A model generated the notes under the pieces. The model ran no database searches. It worked only from the letters and a program-made list of their open reading frames with translations, and had not been told where the DNA came from. From NCBI GenBank assembly GCA_002352645.1, contig DEIU01000102.1, positions 22,761 to 86,760 of the forward strand: a stretch of 64,000 nt of DNA, in the 5' to 3' direction. The DNA is from Acidimicrobiia bacterium UBA2766 (lineage in GTDB: Bacteria; Actinomycetota; Acidimicrobiia; UBA2766). Of the stretch, positions 28,835 through 39,190 are shown piece after piece (the first letter of the stretch is position 1; each line of letters starts with the position of its first letter). A program made the translations under genes and the position numbers.

Positions 28835-31420
28835 TCACCCTTGGTGGAGGGTGGGATGGGGCTGTCGGTCCAGGAGTTGTTGCAAAGTATGCTGCGGGCC
28901 GAGAGGTGCCCAGATCTTCTTGTACTGCTCAGCTGTTTCTGTGGGCAGTGCTTGCACTTTGAGTATTTCGCTGGCCAGAGCCACTTGAAGAAGGCCGAAA
29001 CGGTGTTCTGATTTGTTCCAGATATCTACTGCGGCGAGGAGAGAGCTTTGCTTTTTTTCGGTTGTTGTTGCAAGCAGAGCCGTGATGAGGTGCTCGTTTG
29101 CTTGTATGGACGGGCGACGGATTTTCTTTGCGAGTTTTGCGTGTTCTCTCGCATGCGTGCGGGGGTCTTTTCCTGTTGCTGCCCTTGCTAAAACGAGGAC
29201 GGGGAGAGTGCGGACGAGCAGGTCGATAGATCCGATTTTGCGGAAGCCCTCTGCTGCCTGTGTGAAAGCTATCTGCGCGGTTTCGAAATCTCGTTTGAGC
29301 AGAGCGGTTGTTCCATGCCACCAGGTTGTGAGGGATCGGTCAAAAGGAGTGGATTGTTGGCGCAGGGCGTTTTCGCTGCGTGCAAGTGCTGTGTTTGCTG
29401 CGCTGGTGTTATCGCGTGCTGTTGCTATTGCAGTGGCGGCTGCCCAGATAGGGCCCATTTCGTGATTTGGCAGGTTCCGTTTGACTTCTGCTGCGGTTGC
29501 GATCGCGATTTCCATTCGCGTCCACTCGCAGGAGAGAAAGGCCGCTATGGTCTCTGTGCGTACTATGCGGGGGATTATGTCGGTAAGGCCGCGATTGTCT
29601 ACCCAGGTCTGCAGCTCTTGCAACGAAGTCAGCGCGTCCTGGAACTGATCTTGTGCAATTTGGGCAAGGCTAAGGGAGAGGAGCGGAGGAAAGTCCAAAA
29701 AGTCCTCTCCGAGTTCGCGCCAGTACTGTGTTGCCTGCACTGCTGTGCGAATGGAGTCGGGATGTAGGGTGACCGCTTCTACCATGGCCTGGTTCGCGAG
29801 AGAGGAAGCGATGCCGGCCTTGTCTTGTACTTTTCGTGCGGATGTGACTGCGAGAAGCGCTGCATTTCTTGCCTCTTGCACGTGTCCCAATGCCAAAAGG
29901 GTTTCGGCTTTCCCGCGTTCGGCGTCGATTCCCTGGCAAGACTCGAAAACGGTGAGAGATTTTTTGATTTTCCCGGTTCGTTGCAGAGAACGGGCCAATC
30001 CGAGTTTTCCTCGTTCTGTGTAACCGGGATCGAACTCACGCGTTGCTCTTTGAACGATGGCCTGGAAGATGCTGTAAGCATCGTTGTTCATGCCCAGGTA
30101 GAGCAGGGCTTCCGCCTTCACCGTCAAACATTTGTGCTGAAGTGTGAGGGATGGATGTAAGTTGAGTGCTTTATCCGAGAAATCCACTGCGATGGCAGGT
30201 CTTCCCTGATGAATCGCTGTTTCAGCAGCTTCAATCGCGAGTTCTACAACTGCATTGCTCCAGGGATGTTTCGTGTCGACGCCCGCGAGGGCGTGTGGCG
30301 CGATTTCTATTGGTGCCGCGTCCAATAGGGAGAGCAGGGTCGCAATGCGCCGGTGGAAGTCCTGCAGAATTGCCTCCGGCATGGCGGTTCTCACCATTTC
30401 GGGAAGCAGAGGATTGGCGAATGCCAGGGTGTTCCTCCTGGGGTTCTCGGTGTTTTCCTGGGTGCTTTCCAGGATGAGCTGGGCGTCATGTAGCTCTTGC
30501 AAAGGAAGGGCATCATCAGGGTCGAGGCCGGCCGCAAGCGCGCAAAAACGCGGACTTGCGCGACATCCGCTCATTGCTGCGACGCGCAGAAATGAGAGGG
30601 CATTGGGGGGAAGCCGTTCAATGCGCCAGAGCAGGAGAGAACTGAGGGTTGGGGCAGTTTCCAGCGTGAAATCGCCGGCATGCTTTGCAGCTTCTGCAAG
30701 TTCTTGTAAGAACAGGGGATTCCCCCCTGATCTCCCGGCGATTTGAGCGAGTCGTTTTTCGGTCGCTTGTCCTCTGGTGAGTTCATTGAGAAAGATGATG
30801 CTTTCGTCAAAGATGAGAGGTTCGATGGGCAGGACGATGGCATTGGTTTGTTCGAGGATCTGGTCGATCACCATATGATCGGGTCTGGTGGTAAGAAGAG
30901 TGAGGAGCGTTCTGTGCGCGCTTCGTCTTACCGTGTGGGCGATGATGGGGAGTAGCGCCTGGCGTGGGTCTTCTGTGGCGTCGAGGATCAGGATGGTGGT
31001 GCGAACCGCAGTTATTTGGGCGATAAGCTCGTCAAAAAGACGAAGAATTTCTCGGTGTTTTGCACCGCTGCGTACTGCTTCTGCGAGAACTGTGGCCTGA
31101 AAAGATGCCTTATTTTCCCGGATCGTGTGCGTGTGGCTGTTTACAAGGTCGCCTAAAGCAGCGTGAGGCTCTGGGATGTGCGTATCTGTCGGACAGAGCT
31201 GGAGCACGGCAGCGTCTTGTGCGTATGCCTCAATAAAATGAGTGAGGAGGTGGGTTTTCCCGATGCCTGCCTCGCCGACGAGCAAGACCGTGGCTGACTG
31301 TTGCGAGTGTGCCGTTTCTAGCGCACCTTCTAAGACGCGGAGTTCTGTCTGGCGGAAACGGAAATGGTCAGCGCTCGTCACATTCTTTAATTCTCGGTCA
31401 TGACCCTGAGGTCCCTGCAA
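28835..31420 (-). CDS. AAA_16-type ATPase with long TPR-like C-terminal region (LAL/STAND-like, no HTH seen)
   Basis: Walker A VGEAGIGKTHLL near the N-terminus, Walker B-like ILILDA, then about 600 aa of helical repeats. No LuxR-type HTH at the C-terminus. Confidence 0.6.
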   Translation of the reverse strand: MQGPQGHDRELKNVTSADHFRFRQTELRVLEGALETAHSQQSATVLLVGEAGIGKTHLLTHFIEAYAQDAAVLQLCPTDTHIPEPHAALGDLVNSHTHTIRENKASFQATVLAEAVRSGAKHREILRLFDELIAQITAVRTTILILDATEDPRQALLPIIAHTVRRSAHRTLLTLLTTRPDHMVIDQILEQTNAIVLPIEPLIFDESIIFLNELTRGQATEKRLAQIAGRSGGNPLFLQELAEAAKHAGDFTLETAPTLSSLLLWRIERLPPNALSFLRVAAMSGCRASPRFCALAAGLDPDDALPLQELHDAQLILESTQENTENPRRNTLAFANPLLPEMVRTAMPEAILQDFHRRIATLLSLLDAAPIEIAPHALAGVDTKHPWSNAVVELAIEAAETAIHQGRPAIAVDFSDKALNLHPSLTLQHKCLTVKAEALLYLGMNNDAYSIFQAIVQRATREFDPGYTERGKLGLARSLQRTGKIKKSLTVFESCQGIDAERGKAETLLALGHVQEARNAALLAVTSARKVQDKAGIASSLANQAMVEAVTLHPDSIRTAVQATQYWRELGEDFLDFPPLLSLSLAQIAQDQFQDALTSLQELQTWVDNRGLTDIIPRIVRTETIAAFLSCEWTRMEIAIATAAEVKRNLPNHEMGPIWAAATAIATARDNTSAANTALARSENALRQQSTPFDRSLTTWWHGTTALLKRDFETAQIAFTQAAEGFRKIGSIDLLVRTLPVLVLARAATGKDPRTHAREHAKLAKKIRRPSIQANEHLITALLATTTEKKQSSLLAAVDIWNKSEHRFGLLQVALASEILKVQALPTETAEQYKKIWAPLGPQHTLQQLLDRQPHPTLHQG

Positions 31421-31513
31421 TTCTGTTCGAAGCTGTGAAAAAAGAAGGCCTTGTTCTCACTGTCTTCCTGAGAAGCTATTTCCTGTCTGGCGGAAAACCC
31501 CTGCTTTTGACTT

Positions 31514-31555
31514 GTCTTCATCCGTCTTCATCCGTCTTGACGAGGCTTGACGAGG
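31514..31555. promoter_or_regulatory. direct repeats in a divergent promoter: 2 x GTCTTCATCC followed by 2 x CTTGACGAGG (GTCTT phased every 10 bp)
   Basis: Read directly: gtcttcatccgtcttcatccgtcttgacgaggcttgacgagg. Confidence 0.45.
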
Positions 31556-31678
31556 TAAGATTTGTCCCGGTTTTCAGATTCTTTAGGCTTTGCGCATTCT
31601 CAGTTTTTTCTGATTCCTACAGGGACTCTTCTCAAGTTCTACTCCTCATTGCTGACGAAAAGGAAACTGGAGTCGGTT

Positions 31679-32080
31679 ATGTCTTCTTCTGCTTCAGGTG
31701 CTGATGCAGCTGCTACCTCGAATAGCCCTGCTTTTTCATGTGATGTGTCTCGATCAGTCTCGCCTCCTGTTGCGCCTCCTGCTGTAGGTGAAGTGCTTCG
31801 TCTCATGATCGATGGTTGGCCTGTGGCTGTCTGGAATATCCAGGGAAATTTGTACGCGCTTGACGATATCTGCCCTCATCGAGGAGACATCCTGTCCGAG
31901 GGAGGTCTTGCGCGTGAGAGTGACGGCTCTTTCGCTGTTGTGTGCCCGCGACACGGCTGGCGATTCGATATGGAAACGGGAGACTGTCTGCACGCGCCTG
32001 ATCGCTTGCGGGTATGGCTTGTTCAGTATGTCTCCGATGGAATTCTTGTTTTGGCGTGTCCTGATACCCATGAATTTTGA
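31679..32080 (+). CDS. Rieske [2Fe-2S] domain protein (NirD-like small ferredoxin)
   Basis: CPHRGD ... CPRHGWRF (CxH...CxxH). ATG at 31679 with GGAG 7 nt upstream; the ORF track starts at TTG 31562. Confidence 0.75.
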   Translation: MSSSASGADAAATSNSPAFSCDVSRSVSPPVAPPAVGEVLRLMIDGWPVAVWNIQGNLYALDDICPHRGDILSEGGLARESDGSFAVVCPRHGWRFDMETGDCLHAPDRLRVWLVQYVSDGILVLACPDTHEF

Positions 32081-32690
32081 GTTGGGACGCGGGAAGGAGC
32101 CGGGGGAAAACCATGCATGAAAATAGGCATTTACGTGGTGTTCTGGCGGCTTCGCGCGAGATTCGTGAGGATTTGCATATGCAGTCTCGAGGCAAGGGAA
32201 AGGGAAAAAGGCAAAGAGCGGAGGGAATCAGGGAGGCAAGACCTTTGTGAAAGTCCTAGGATGGTGCCGCGATTCATTTTTGGCTTTACGAGCGAAACCT
32301 TGTGAGTTGCAGGTTTTTTCTGCCACCTTCCTTCTTCTGTTTGCCCTCCTTGGTTGTCCTGGGCACTAGTTCCCGGTATGCCAGATGAGGTTATTGCAGG
32401 CGCATGGTTTGTGCGGTAACTTTTGTTTTGGTTGAGGTGCTTGCAAAAGGGCAGGAGAGTGGGGGAGAGTTCACTTTCTTTGGCTTTCGTGCAGTGTGGC
32501 CCAACCGAAACGGTGTTTTTTGCGAAATACCTCATAATTGGTGACTGGCGCAGACGTTTCCCAGACTCTTTTATTGAGTTGGGGGAGATGGCGACATAGG
32601 GCCTGGCATATGTTTGGCAAGTTGCACTGCTATTAATGGCAGAACGCATTGCTTGTCACTTATGGGGGTCTTTGACATTCCGGAGCGACC

Positions 32691-34706
32691 ATGGCTGAAC
32701 ACTTCGATGCCCTTCTTGAGAGCATCTCCGGCGCACCTGTTTTGAATCGGGGTGACCTTGCACTCGCTTTTCTGGACGGGCAGAAATCAGACAGGCTTGC
32801 CGAAGTGAAGGATTCGCTCGCGGTCAAACCGTCTCCAAAGATCCCACCTCGGTATGAATCTGAAATTCGTACTTGGCTTGCGCGCGCGGCCATAGAAGGA
32901 TTGTCTCCTGGCGGCGAAAAGGAGGAGGCGACGCAAGCCCGCATTCAGGCATACTCTGCTGTTCATCTTGACCCTCATAATACCGACGCCATTGGTGCCC
33001 TTGACGCTGCCCTTTTGTTTTTGCAGGGCGACGTGCGAATGAATACTTGGAGGGCCCTTTCCCGCAGCTATCCCGAAGTACAGTCGGTACGGAACGCGGC
33101 AGAAGCCGCGGGAGTTGTGCCGCCTGATCCTGCGGCAGTGAAAGCGGCAAGACGGCGGGCACCGCGTCGGAAACCCACTTCTTCCGGCGGGCAAGATCAC
33201 AAAGGAGACTCTTCACATGGGGGAGGGCAGGGCGGTCAAAAGCGCAAACGGCGTCCTCGTGCCAGCGGACTGGCCAGGATTCTTCCCCTGTATGAGCCTG
33301 ATCCAGTGAAGGCTGACCGCCTCGCGGTGATTAACCTGGCCATGGGAGTCGAATGGACGCCCGCGGCTTCTCCGTTGAGTGAACTCGACCCTCTGAGCTG
33401 GGCGACCCGCCGTATGGCCGGCGAAGAAGTTGGAGATCCTCCGCGCCAGGCAGTCGCTACTGCTGATTTTGTCTTGCTCACAATGGGCATGTTGTCTCGC
33501 GGAGAGGAACCAGGTCCGCGCTACGGTCACATTATCAAGCGCCTCAAGGGTCATCCCGCAGTTGTCCTGTGGGCAACGAAACGTCAGCTTGATGCGGGAG
33601 ATTTCTCTGGTGCCCGCAAGGCGTTTGGGCGTGTCAACCTCGCTGATTACCCCGTTTTTGCCGATGAGGTCTCTGCCCTCTCAGAGACGATGGCGATTGT
33701 GAATGGTGACGCTGACATCGGATGGCGCCGTTGGGAATCTGGGGAATTGCCCGCTGCTCTTCGTGCTCCTCTGGCTGAAGCCTTGATCGCGGCAGGTCGT
33801 GAGACGCAGGCCGATGAAGTCATGGGTTTGCCAGAAGTGCTGGCTGCTTCTCTGGATGACAGAGCCCTGCTTGAGCTGCGTTTTGACTTGATGTTTGTCG
33901 ACGGATACAGCACAAGAGCGCTGGAGCAGGCATTCCGTCTTGTGGAATTGGGACCTTTCTCCAGGCGAGCGGTCGGTCGTCTCTGGTTGGCTCTCGCGTT
34001 CTCGGGTCGTCAGGATGAGCTGCTGGGCCGTGTTGACGAAGACGCAGAACGTGTCGGTGTGCCGATGGAAGAGATCGTCGACTCAGTCAGGTCTATTTTG
34101 TCGCGTCGCGTCGCGCGTGTGACGCAAAAGTTGACGGAAAAGGCAACAGAGACACGAGCTTCTTTGCAGCATCTTGCAAAAGGCAAGACCATTCGCAATG
34201 CTGAGCTTTTCACGCAGGCTGTTGCCACGGCTCGCTCAGGGCTGGATGAACTGCAACCCATGACAGAAGTGCTTGGGCTCAAGAGCAGTGAATATCCGCA
34301 GGCTTTGGAAGATCTCCTGACGCTTCTTGCTGTGGGCACAGGACGTACGGTTTCTGTAGAGGGCGATAAAGTACTTCTTTTTGGTGAATCGTCAACTTCA
34401 GATCACCCTGTTCTCAAATCTTTTACTGCCCCCGCCCAGGAAATTTGTGCGCGTAGTGCCACCATCAATGAGATGGCCAAGCGTGCCCTGCTCTCCCTCG
34501 ATAGCGCGGTTGAAGAGAGTGGACGTGTCGATCTTGCACGGCGTCGCCTTGAGGAGAGGGTCTCAAAACAGGCACGCCAAGCTGCTGATCTCTTGAACGC
34601 AATCGTGGTTTCTTTTGATCTTTCCTCCTCGCCTCCAACCCTGGAAGAGGCGCTTGAGAGTAGTGAGACCGATGCTGAGGTGAAAGACGAAGACGAAGAC
34701 GAGTAA
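32691..34706 (+). CDS. hypothetical protein, 671 aa, no recognisable motif
   Basis: Long ORF with coding-like composition. Gly/Lys/Arg-rich segment near aa 180-200. Acidic C-terminus. Confidence 0.5.
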   Translation: MAEHFDALLESISGAPVLNRGDLALAFLDGQKSDRLAEVKDSLAVKPSPKIPPRYESEIRTWLARAAIEGLSPGGEKEEATQARIQAYSAVHLDPHNTDAIGALDAALLFLQGDVRMNTWRALSRSYPEVQSVRNAAEAAGVVPPDPAAVKAARRRAPRRKPTSSGGQDHKGDSSHGGGQGGQKRKRRPRASGLARILPLYEPDPVKADRLAVINLAMGVEWTPAASPLSELDPLSWATRRMAGEEVGDPPRQAVATADFVLLTMGMLSRGEEPGPRYGHIIKRLKGHPAVVLWATKRQLDAGDFSGARKAFGRVNLADYPVFADEVSALSETMAIVNGDADIGWRRWESGELPAALRAPLAEALIAAGRETQADEVMGLPEVLAASLDDRALLELRFDLMFVDGYSTRALEQAFRLVELGPFSRRAVGRLWLALAFSGRQDELLGRVDEDAERVGVPMEEIVDSVRSILSRRVARVTQKLTEKATETRASLQHLAKGKTIRNAELFTQAVATARSGLDELQPMTEVLGLKSSEYPQALEDLLTLLAVGTGRTVSVEGDKVLLFGESSTSDHPVLKSFTAPAQEICARSATINEMAKRALLSLDSAVEESGRVDLARRRLEERVSKQARQAADLLNAIVVSFDLSSSPPTLEEALESSETDAEVKDEDEDE

Positions 34707-34886
34707 CTCGCGCCCGCCGGGACTGGGCTGGGAACGACACCTGGGCCAGTTCGCTTGAGGAGAAAAGCGCTGTGAAGTCAACATGAGGCGTGCTCGCGCA
34801 GAAGGAGATGCAATAGCAGTGGCGAGCACGGCGATAAGACGCTGGAGAGCGCATCGCCCGGAGGGTGCATCACAGAAGGGAAGAGC

Positions 34887-36092
34887 TTGAGAGAGCGAGC
34901 CACGCCGGCAGATCTTCTTTATGCGTACAGTCCGGATGAACTCGATCCCTGGGTGGCGGGTTTGGAGCTCGATCTCGAGAGAGATGTTGGCGAGGCAAAC
35001 GTGCGGCGTGCCCTGGAAGAGGCCTTGACCTTGCACCCCCGGTGTGGCGCGTACTTGAAAGGAAAACAATGGAGAAGGCGGCAACCATCTGACGCGTATG
35101 CCATGTTACCATTGGGAGACGATGAAGACTGGGATGACTTGCGGCCCGCTCTTCTTGACACCTGGTTTGACCCTGAAGGCGATCCTGGATTGCGTGTCGC
35201 CTATGAAGATGGGCACCTTTTTTTGGCTTGGGCACATGGTGTGACCGATGTCGCCGGAGCTGTGGGGTTTGTGTCGAGTCTGATGCATACCCTTGCCGGA
35301 AACGCTGTATTTTCTCCTGCGCAAGGGGCGACCGCAACGGACCTGCAGAAGAGTTTGCGCACTCAAATGTTGCGTCCCTCAGTTTTGTGGGAGTTTGCGC
35401 GTCGTGTACGCGGTTCTTCTGCGAAAGCAGCGGGGTTTCCCTGGCCTCTGACTTCCGCTGTTGCCGCGGCGAGTGATGCCGCAGTCTGGGTTCTTGACAA
35501 TGCCGAATTTGCGAAAATTCTTGCCCGGGCAGCCCAGGAGAATGGCAGCTTCACGGGGGCATTGACCGCTGCTTTGGCAGGCATGTGTGTAGACCGGTGT
35601 GCCCCGGGAGAGACCGCTACGGTCTACATTCCGCTGAATTTGCGTCCTTCGCATGCCCAGTGGTGGCCATTGGGCAACTGGGTCGGTAGTGTGGAGATCT
35701 TGTGTGAAGGGCCTGTGACCATCGCTCAGGTGCAGGCGCGCCTTACGCGGGCTCTCGAAGGCCACAATCGGTATGCACCATTACTCACAAATCTTGTGCG
35801 GTCAAAGCTCCCGCGCCGCGCGCGCACACAGCTTGCAACACGGCGCTCTCCTGATTTGTCCACCCCTCCTGCCCGAACGATTTGTTTGAACAATCTTGGC
35901 AAGGTTCCCAAGGAAATGTTGCCGGAGGTGGAGCGAGCAGTCTTCCATGCCCCAACTGGGGTGAAATCTCCGACCCTTTCTGTGCTGAGCGTGGGAGATG
36001 TGACCACTTTTAACATGCGTGTTCGCCGGCACCAAGGGGGTCTTGCGCTTGCGCGAGAGCTGATGGAAGAACTGAAAACGCGTGTGCTGTGA
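34887..36092 (+). CDS. hypothetical protein, 401 aa; possible CoA-dependent acyltransferase-superfamily relative (degenerate HxxxD, AHGVTDVAG)
   Basis: Motif position (about aa 128) and length resemble WS/DGAT, PapA and condensation-domain proteins, but only one His is present. TTG start. Confidence 0.4.
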   Translation: MRERATPADLLYAYSPDELDPWVAGLELDLERDVGEANVRRALEEALTLHPRCGAYLKGKQWRRRQPSDAYAMLPLGDDEDWDDLRPALLDTWFDPEGDPGLRVAYEDGHLFLAWAHGVTDVAGAVGFVSSLMHTLAGNAVFSPAQGATATDLQKSLRTQMLRPSVLWEFARRVRGSSAKAAGFPWPLTSAVAAASDAAVWVLDNAEFAKILARAAQENGSFTGALTAALAGMCVDRCAPGETATVYIPLNLRPSHAQWWPLGNWVGSVEILCEGPVTIAQVQARLTRALEGHNRYAPLLTNLVRSKLPRRARTQLATRRSPDLSTPPARTICLNNLGKVPKEMLPEVERAVFHAPTGVKSPTLSVLSVGDVTTFNMRVRRHQGGLALARELMEELKTRVL

Positions 36093-36206
36093 GGGTGTGA
36101 TCTTGAGGCGAGGGAAGAACAGGGCGAAGAAAAACCCTCTCGTGTCCGGCGACAGTGTCGGATACGCGTCCAGGTATATGTGTACGCGTATTTTTAGAGG
36201 AGTTTT

Positions 36207-37397
36207 TTAGAGGAGTTCGTCGTAGAGCTGTTTCCAGGCGGTTGTCATACGTTTGCGTGAATAGGCTGCTGCGTCGATGCCGGCTTGGGTGGCGTACGCG
36301 CGTGCCTTTACTGGGTCTTCGAGAATTTCACGCAAGACGTTGGTGAGTGTGGTGGTGTCGCGGGCGGGAACAAGCCGTCCGTTGTGATGGTCACTGATCA
36401 TGTGAGGGAGCCCGCCAACGTCAGATGTGACAACAACCCGACCTGCAGACATGGCTTCTGCGACGGAGAGTGGGGTGCCTTCGTGGTAAGACGGGAGGAC
36501 GAAAACATCAATTTTTGCGAGGAGTGCAGGGACGTCGTGTACGTGTCCGAGAAAGTCGATTGTGGCGCCTGTCGCGGTGGCATGTTCGCGTAGGGCGTGT
36601 TCTTCTGGGCCTGCTCCGGCAATGAGCGCTTGCGGCGGGCAATCGGGGCGTTCTCTCTGCAAGGTTCCAACTGCTGAAATATATTCTCGTATGCCTTTTT
36701 CGCCGGTGAGGCGGGTGATCATGCCGAGAACAGGTGCGGTATCTCGGGAAAAGGGCGGCCTTGCCACGCGGAAGCGTTCGATGTCGATTCCCCCGGGGAT
36801 GTGCACGGCCTTTGTTTCTGGGACTTTTTGGTATTCGATCAGCAGCCTGCGAGATTCTTCGGAAACACAGACGATTTTGCTGCTACGCCGGAGGAGCAGT
36901 CGGTCGAGCAGACGGATGGCGTACCGAGGGGAGGGAAATGTGACGGTCCGCCATGCTTCAAGGCCGTGCACGGCGCGCACGGTTGGAATCTTGTTTTGCC
37001 GGCCCAGGTAGGTTGCCCAGAGGTCCGCTCGGTTGAGATGACTACAGATGAGTGCGGCATTGTTGTCTTGGAGGAAGTGCCGTAAGGCACGTGCGCCAGA
37101 CACGTTCCAGACGCGTTCCATGCTGGTGACGATCATTGGAATGCCAAGCGCTTCGAATTGGGGTTTCATACTGTCGAGGTTGAAAGACTGCGCTTCAGCA
37201 TGGCCTTCACGTAAGAAAATAACGGCTGCCTGGTACGGATTTTTTTGGGGGTGACGCGTGTGTGGCTTTGTTGGCCCAGTATCTTGTGCTCCGTTCGAGA
37301 CGATATCGGAAACAAGTTGGTACATTATTTCGCGTGGGGCACCGCGCACGGGGGAACTTATCATGTGGACGATGGTGGGAGGGGGTGTGTGGGACAT
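36207..37397 (-). CDS. glycosyltransferase family 4 (GT-B, retaining)
   Basis: EGTPLSVAEAMSAGRVVV... E-X7-E region. N-terminal HMISSPVRGAPRE motif. ATG at 37397 with GGAAAG RBS; the ORF track extends to GTG 37529. Confidence 0.8.
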   Translation of the reverse strand: MSHTPPPTIVHMISSPVRGAPREIMYQLVSDIVSNGAQDTGPTKPHTRHPQKNPYQAAVIFLREGHAEAQSFNLDSMKPQFEALGIPMIVTSMERVWNVSGARALRHFLQDNNAALICSHLNRADLWATYLGRQNKIPTVRAVHGLEAWRTVTFPSPRYAIRLLDRLLLRRSSKIVCVSEESRRLLIEYQKVPETKAVHIPGGIDIERFRVARPPFSRDTAPVLGMITRLTGEKGIREYISAVGTLQRERPDCPPQALIAGAGPEEHALREHATATGATIDFLGHVHDVPALLAKIDVFVLPSYHEGTPLSVAEAMSAGRVVVTSDVGGLPHMISDHHNGRLVPARDTTTLTNVLREILEDPVKARAYATQAGIDAAAYSRKRMTTAWKQLYDELL

Positions 37398-37535
37398 GAT
37401 TTTTGGCTTTCCGAGCGTTGTTTGCCGGCGTGTGTGGGGGGTGGTATGCGGTTTTCTTTGAGTGATGTCTGGTCCCTGTGCGAGCCGTACCGTACACTTG
37501 GCATGTCCTTCTTGTCGATCGTTGCACACACCGAG

Positions 37536-38762
37536 ATGACCACAAGTCCTAAAACTTCATTTGATGCGAAAAAAATATTTTCTTCTATTCCTGAAGCCGT
37601 TGCCGATCTGGCGGTAGGGAAGCTGGTCGTCGTGGTTGATGACGCCGACCGAGAGAACGAAGGTGACCTTGTCGCCATTGCCGAAAAGTGTACGCCTGAG
37701 ACTATTAATTTCATGGCGACACACAGTAGAGGGTTGATTTGTACTCCGATATCTGGCGAGCGTCTTGATGCGTTGGAGATCGACCAAATGGTCTCGGTAA
37801 ATACAGATACGCATGGAACTGCTTTCTCTGTGACTGTCGATGTCGACACGAATTCCACAGGAATCTCGGCAGCAGATCGCTCGGATACAATCCAGGCCCT
37901 GATAAACCCGTCCAGTAAACCGGAGGATTTTCGCCGACCCGGACATACCTTTCCCCTGCGTTATACAGAAGGAGGGGTGCTCCGTAGAGCCGGCCATACA
38001 GAGGCAGCAGTCGATCTTGCATTGCTTGCCAATTGCAGTCCTGCCGGTGTGATCTGCGAAATTATGGGTGACGATGGGACAATGGCCCGTTTGCCAGAAC
38101 TCGTAGAGTTCTGTGAGAAACATGGGCTGCGCATTATTTCTATCGCTGATCTCATTCATTATCGACGGCAGTCTGAAAAATTAGTACGCCGAGTGGTCGA
38201 AACCCGTATCCCGACCGAATATGGGGAATTCCGTTGTGTGGGGTATGAGTCTTCGATTGATGGAACGGAGCATGTGGCCTTCGTGAAAGGCGATGTGTCT
38301 GGCGAAGACGACGTGCTTGTGCGTGTGCATGCCGAGTATTTCATTGGCGACATCTTGGGCTACCGTGAGAATGACAGTCGTTCTCTGCTTCGTGCGGCCA
38401 TGCGTTGTATCGCGGAAAGCGGAAAAGGGGTCCTGCTTTACTTCCGTCGGTATGACGGAAAAGACGTCAGTGTTGTTGACGAACTTTCTTCTTTCAAGGG
38501 GCAGCGAAGTAAAAACTATATGCGGATGGATGACCGGGATTATGGCATTGGTGCCCAGATCCTGGTGGACTTGGGCGTGACGTCCATGTGTCTTTTGTCG
38601 AATCATCCTGCCACGAGGCGGGTTGGTCTTGCCGGTTACGGTCTTTCAGTGACGGAAACCCTTTCTCTCGCGGGAGAAAAGAAGCCACCGAAACGGCAAG
38701 CATTTGCTGATCTACTTGAGGGCCTCTCCGAAGCCGACCTTCTTCGTGTTGACCGGGAATAG
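37536..38762 (+). CDS. ribBA: 3,4-dihydroxy-2-butanone-4-phosphate synthase fused to a degenerate GTP cyclohydrolase II-like domain (RibBX-like)
   Basis: The RibB half is intact (DRENEGDL, HTEAAVDL). In the RibA half the zinc-ligand cysteines are replaced: RVHAEYFIGDILGYRENDSRS where the canonical sequence is RVHSECLTGD...RCDCG. ATG at 37536. Confidence 0.85.
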   Translation: MTTSPKTSFDAKKIFSSIPEAVADLAVGKLVVVVDDADRENEGDLVAIAEKCTPETINFMATHSRGLICTPISGERLDALEIDQMVSVNTDTHGTAFSVTVDVDTNSTGISAADRSDTIQALINPSSKPEDFRRPGHTFPLRYTEGGVLRRAGHTEAAVDLALLANCSPAGVICEIMGDDGTMARLPELVEFCEKHGLRIISIADLIHYRRQSEKLVRRVVETRIPTEYGEFRCVGYESSIDGTEHVAFVKGDVSGEDDVLVRVHAEYFIGDILGYRENDSRSLLRAAMRCIAESGKGVLLYFRRYDGKDVSVVDELSSFKGQRSKNYMRMDDRDYGIGAQILVDLGVTSMCLLSNHPATRRVGLAGYGLSVTETLSLAGEKKPPKRQAFADLLEGLSEADLLRVDRE

Positions 38763-39190
38763 GCTTCCTGCCTGGGCCGTAAGTGCACAATTGCCGATCT
38801 CGCCTATGTAGAGAATGGGTTCCGAGAGGCGCGTCAAAGAAGAGTGCTGTCGCTCATATTGCCAGTGTTTTTCACGGGTCTTGCTGTGTATTTATTGGTA
38901 TCTCTGCGTTTTTTGTGTGCTTGCTGATACGCAATGTGCGCGGAACCTCTCAAGCTCTGCAGTCCTTGGCAGCGAGGATTCGATTTTTCTGTTTTATGTA
39001 CTGTGAAGTTTGTTACTGGGAGCCAGATCTGATAGCGGGCTTCTTGCAAGATGAATAGACTGCAGAAGCGTGGGAAAAGAGTGGAGTGTCACTGGCTCAG
39101 GATCCTGGGTAAAGAGTGCACTCGATGGCTGGTGGAATGGGCGCATGTTCTGGGGAAGTTCCAGATGCTTTGTGCTCTGAGGGTGGCAAA

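Noticed and set aside
37398-37535. Possible FMN riboswitch upstream of ribBA
   Set aside because: The conserved RFN-element cores (GGATTCCC / CCGACGGT-type) are not present.
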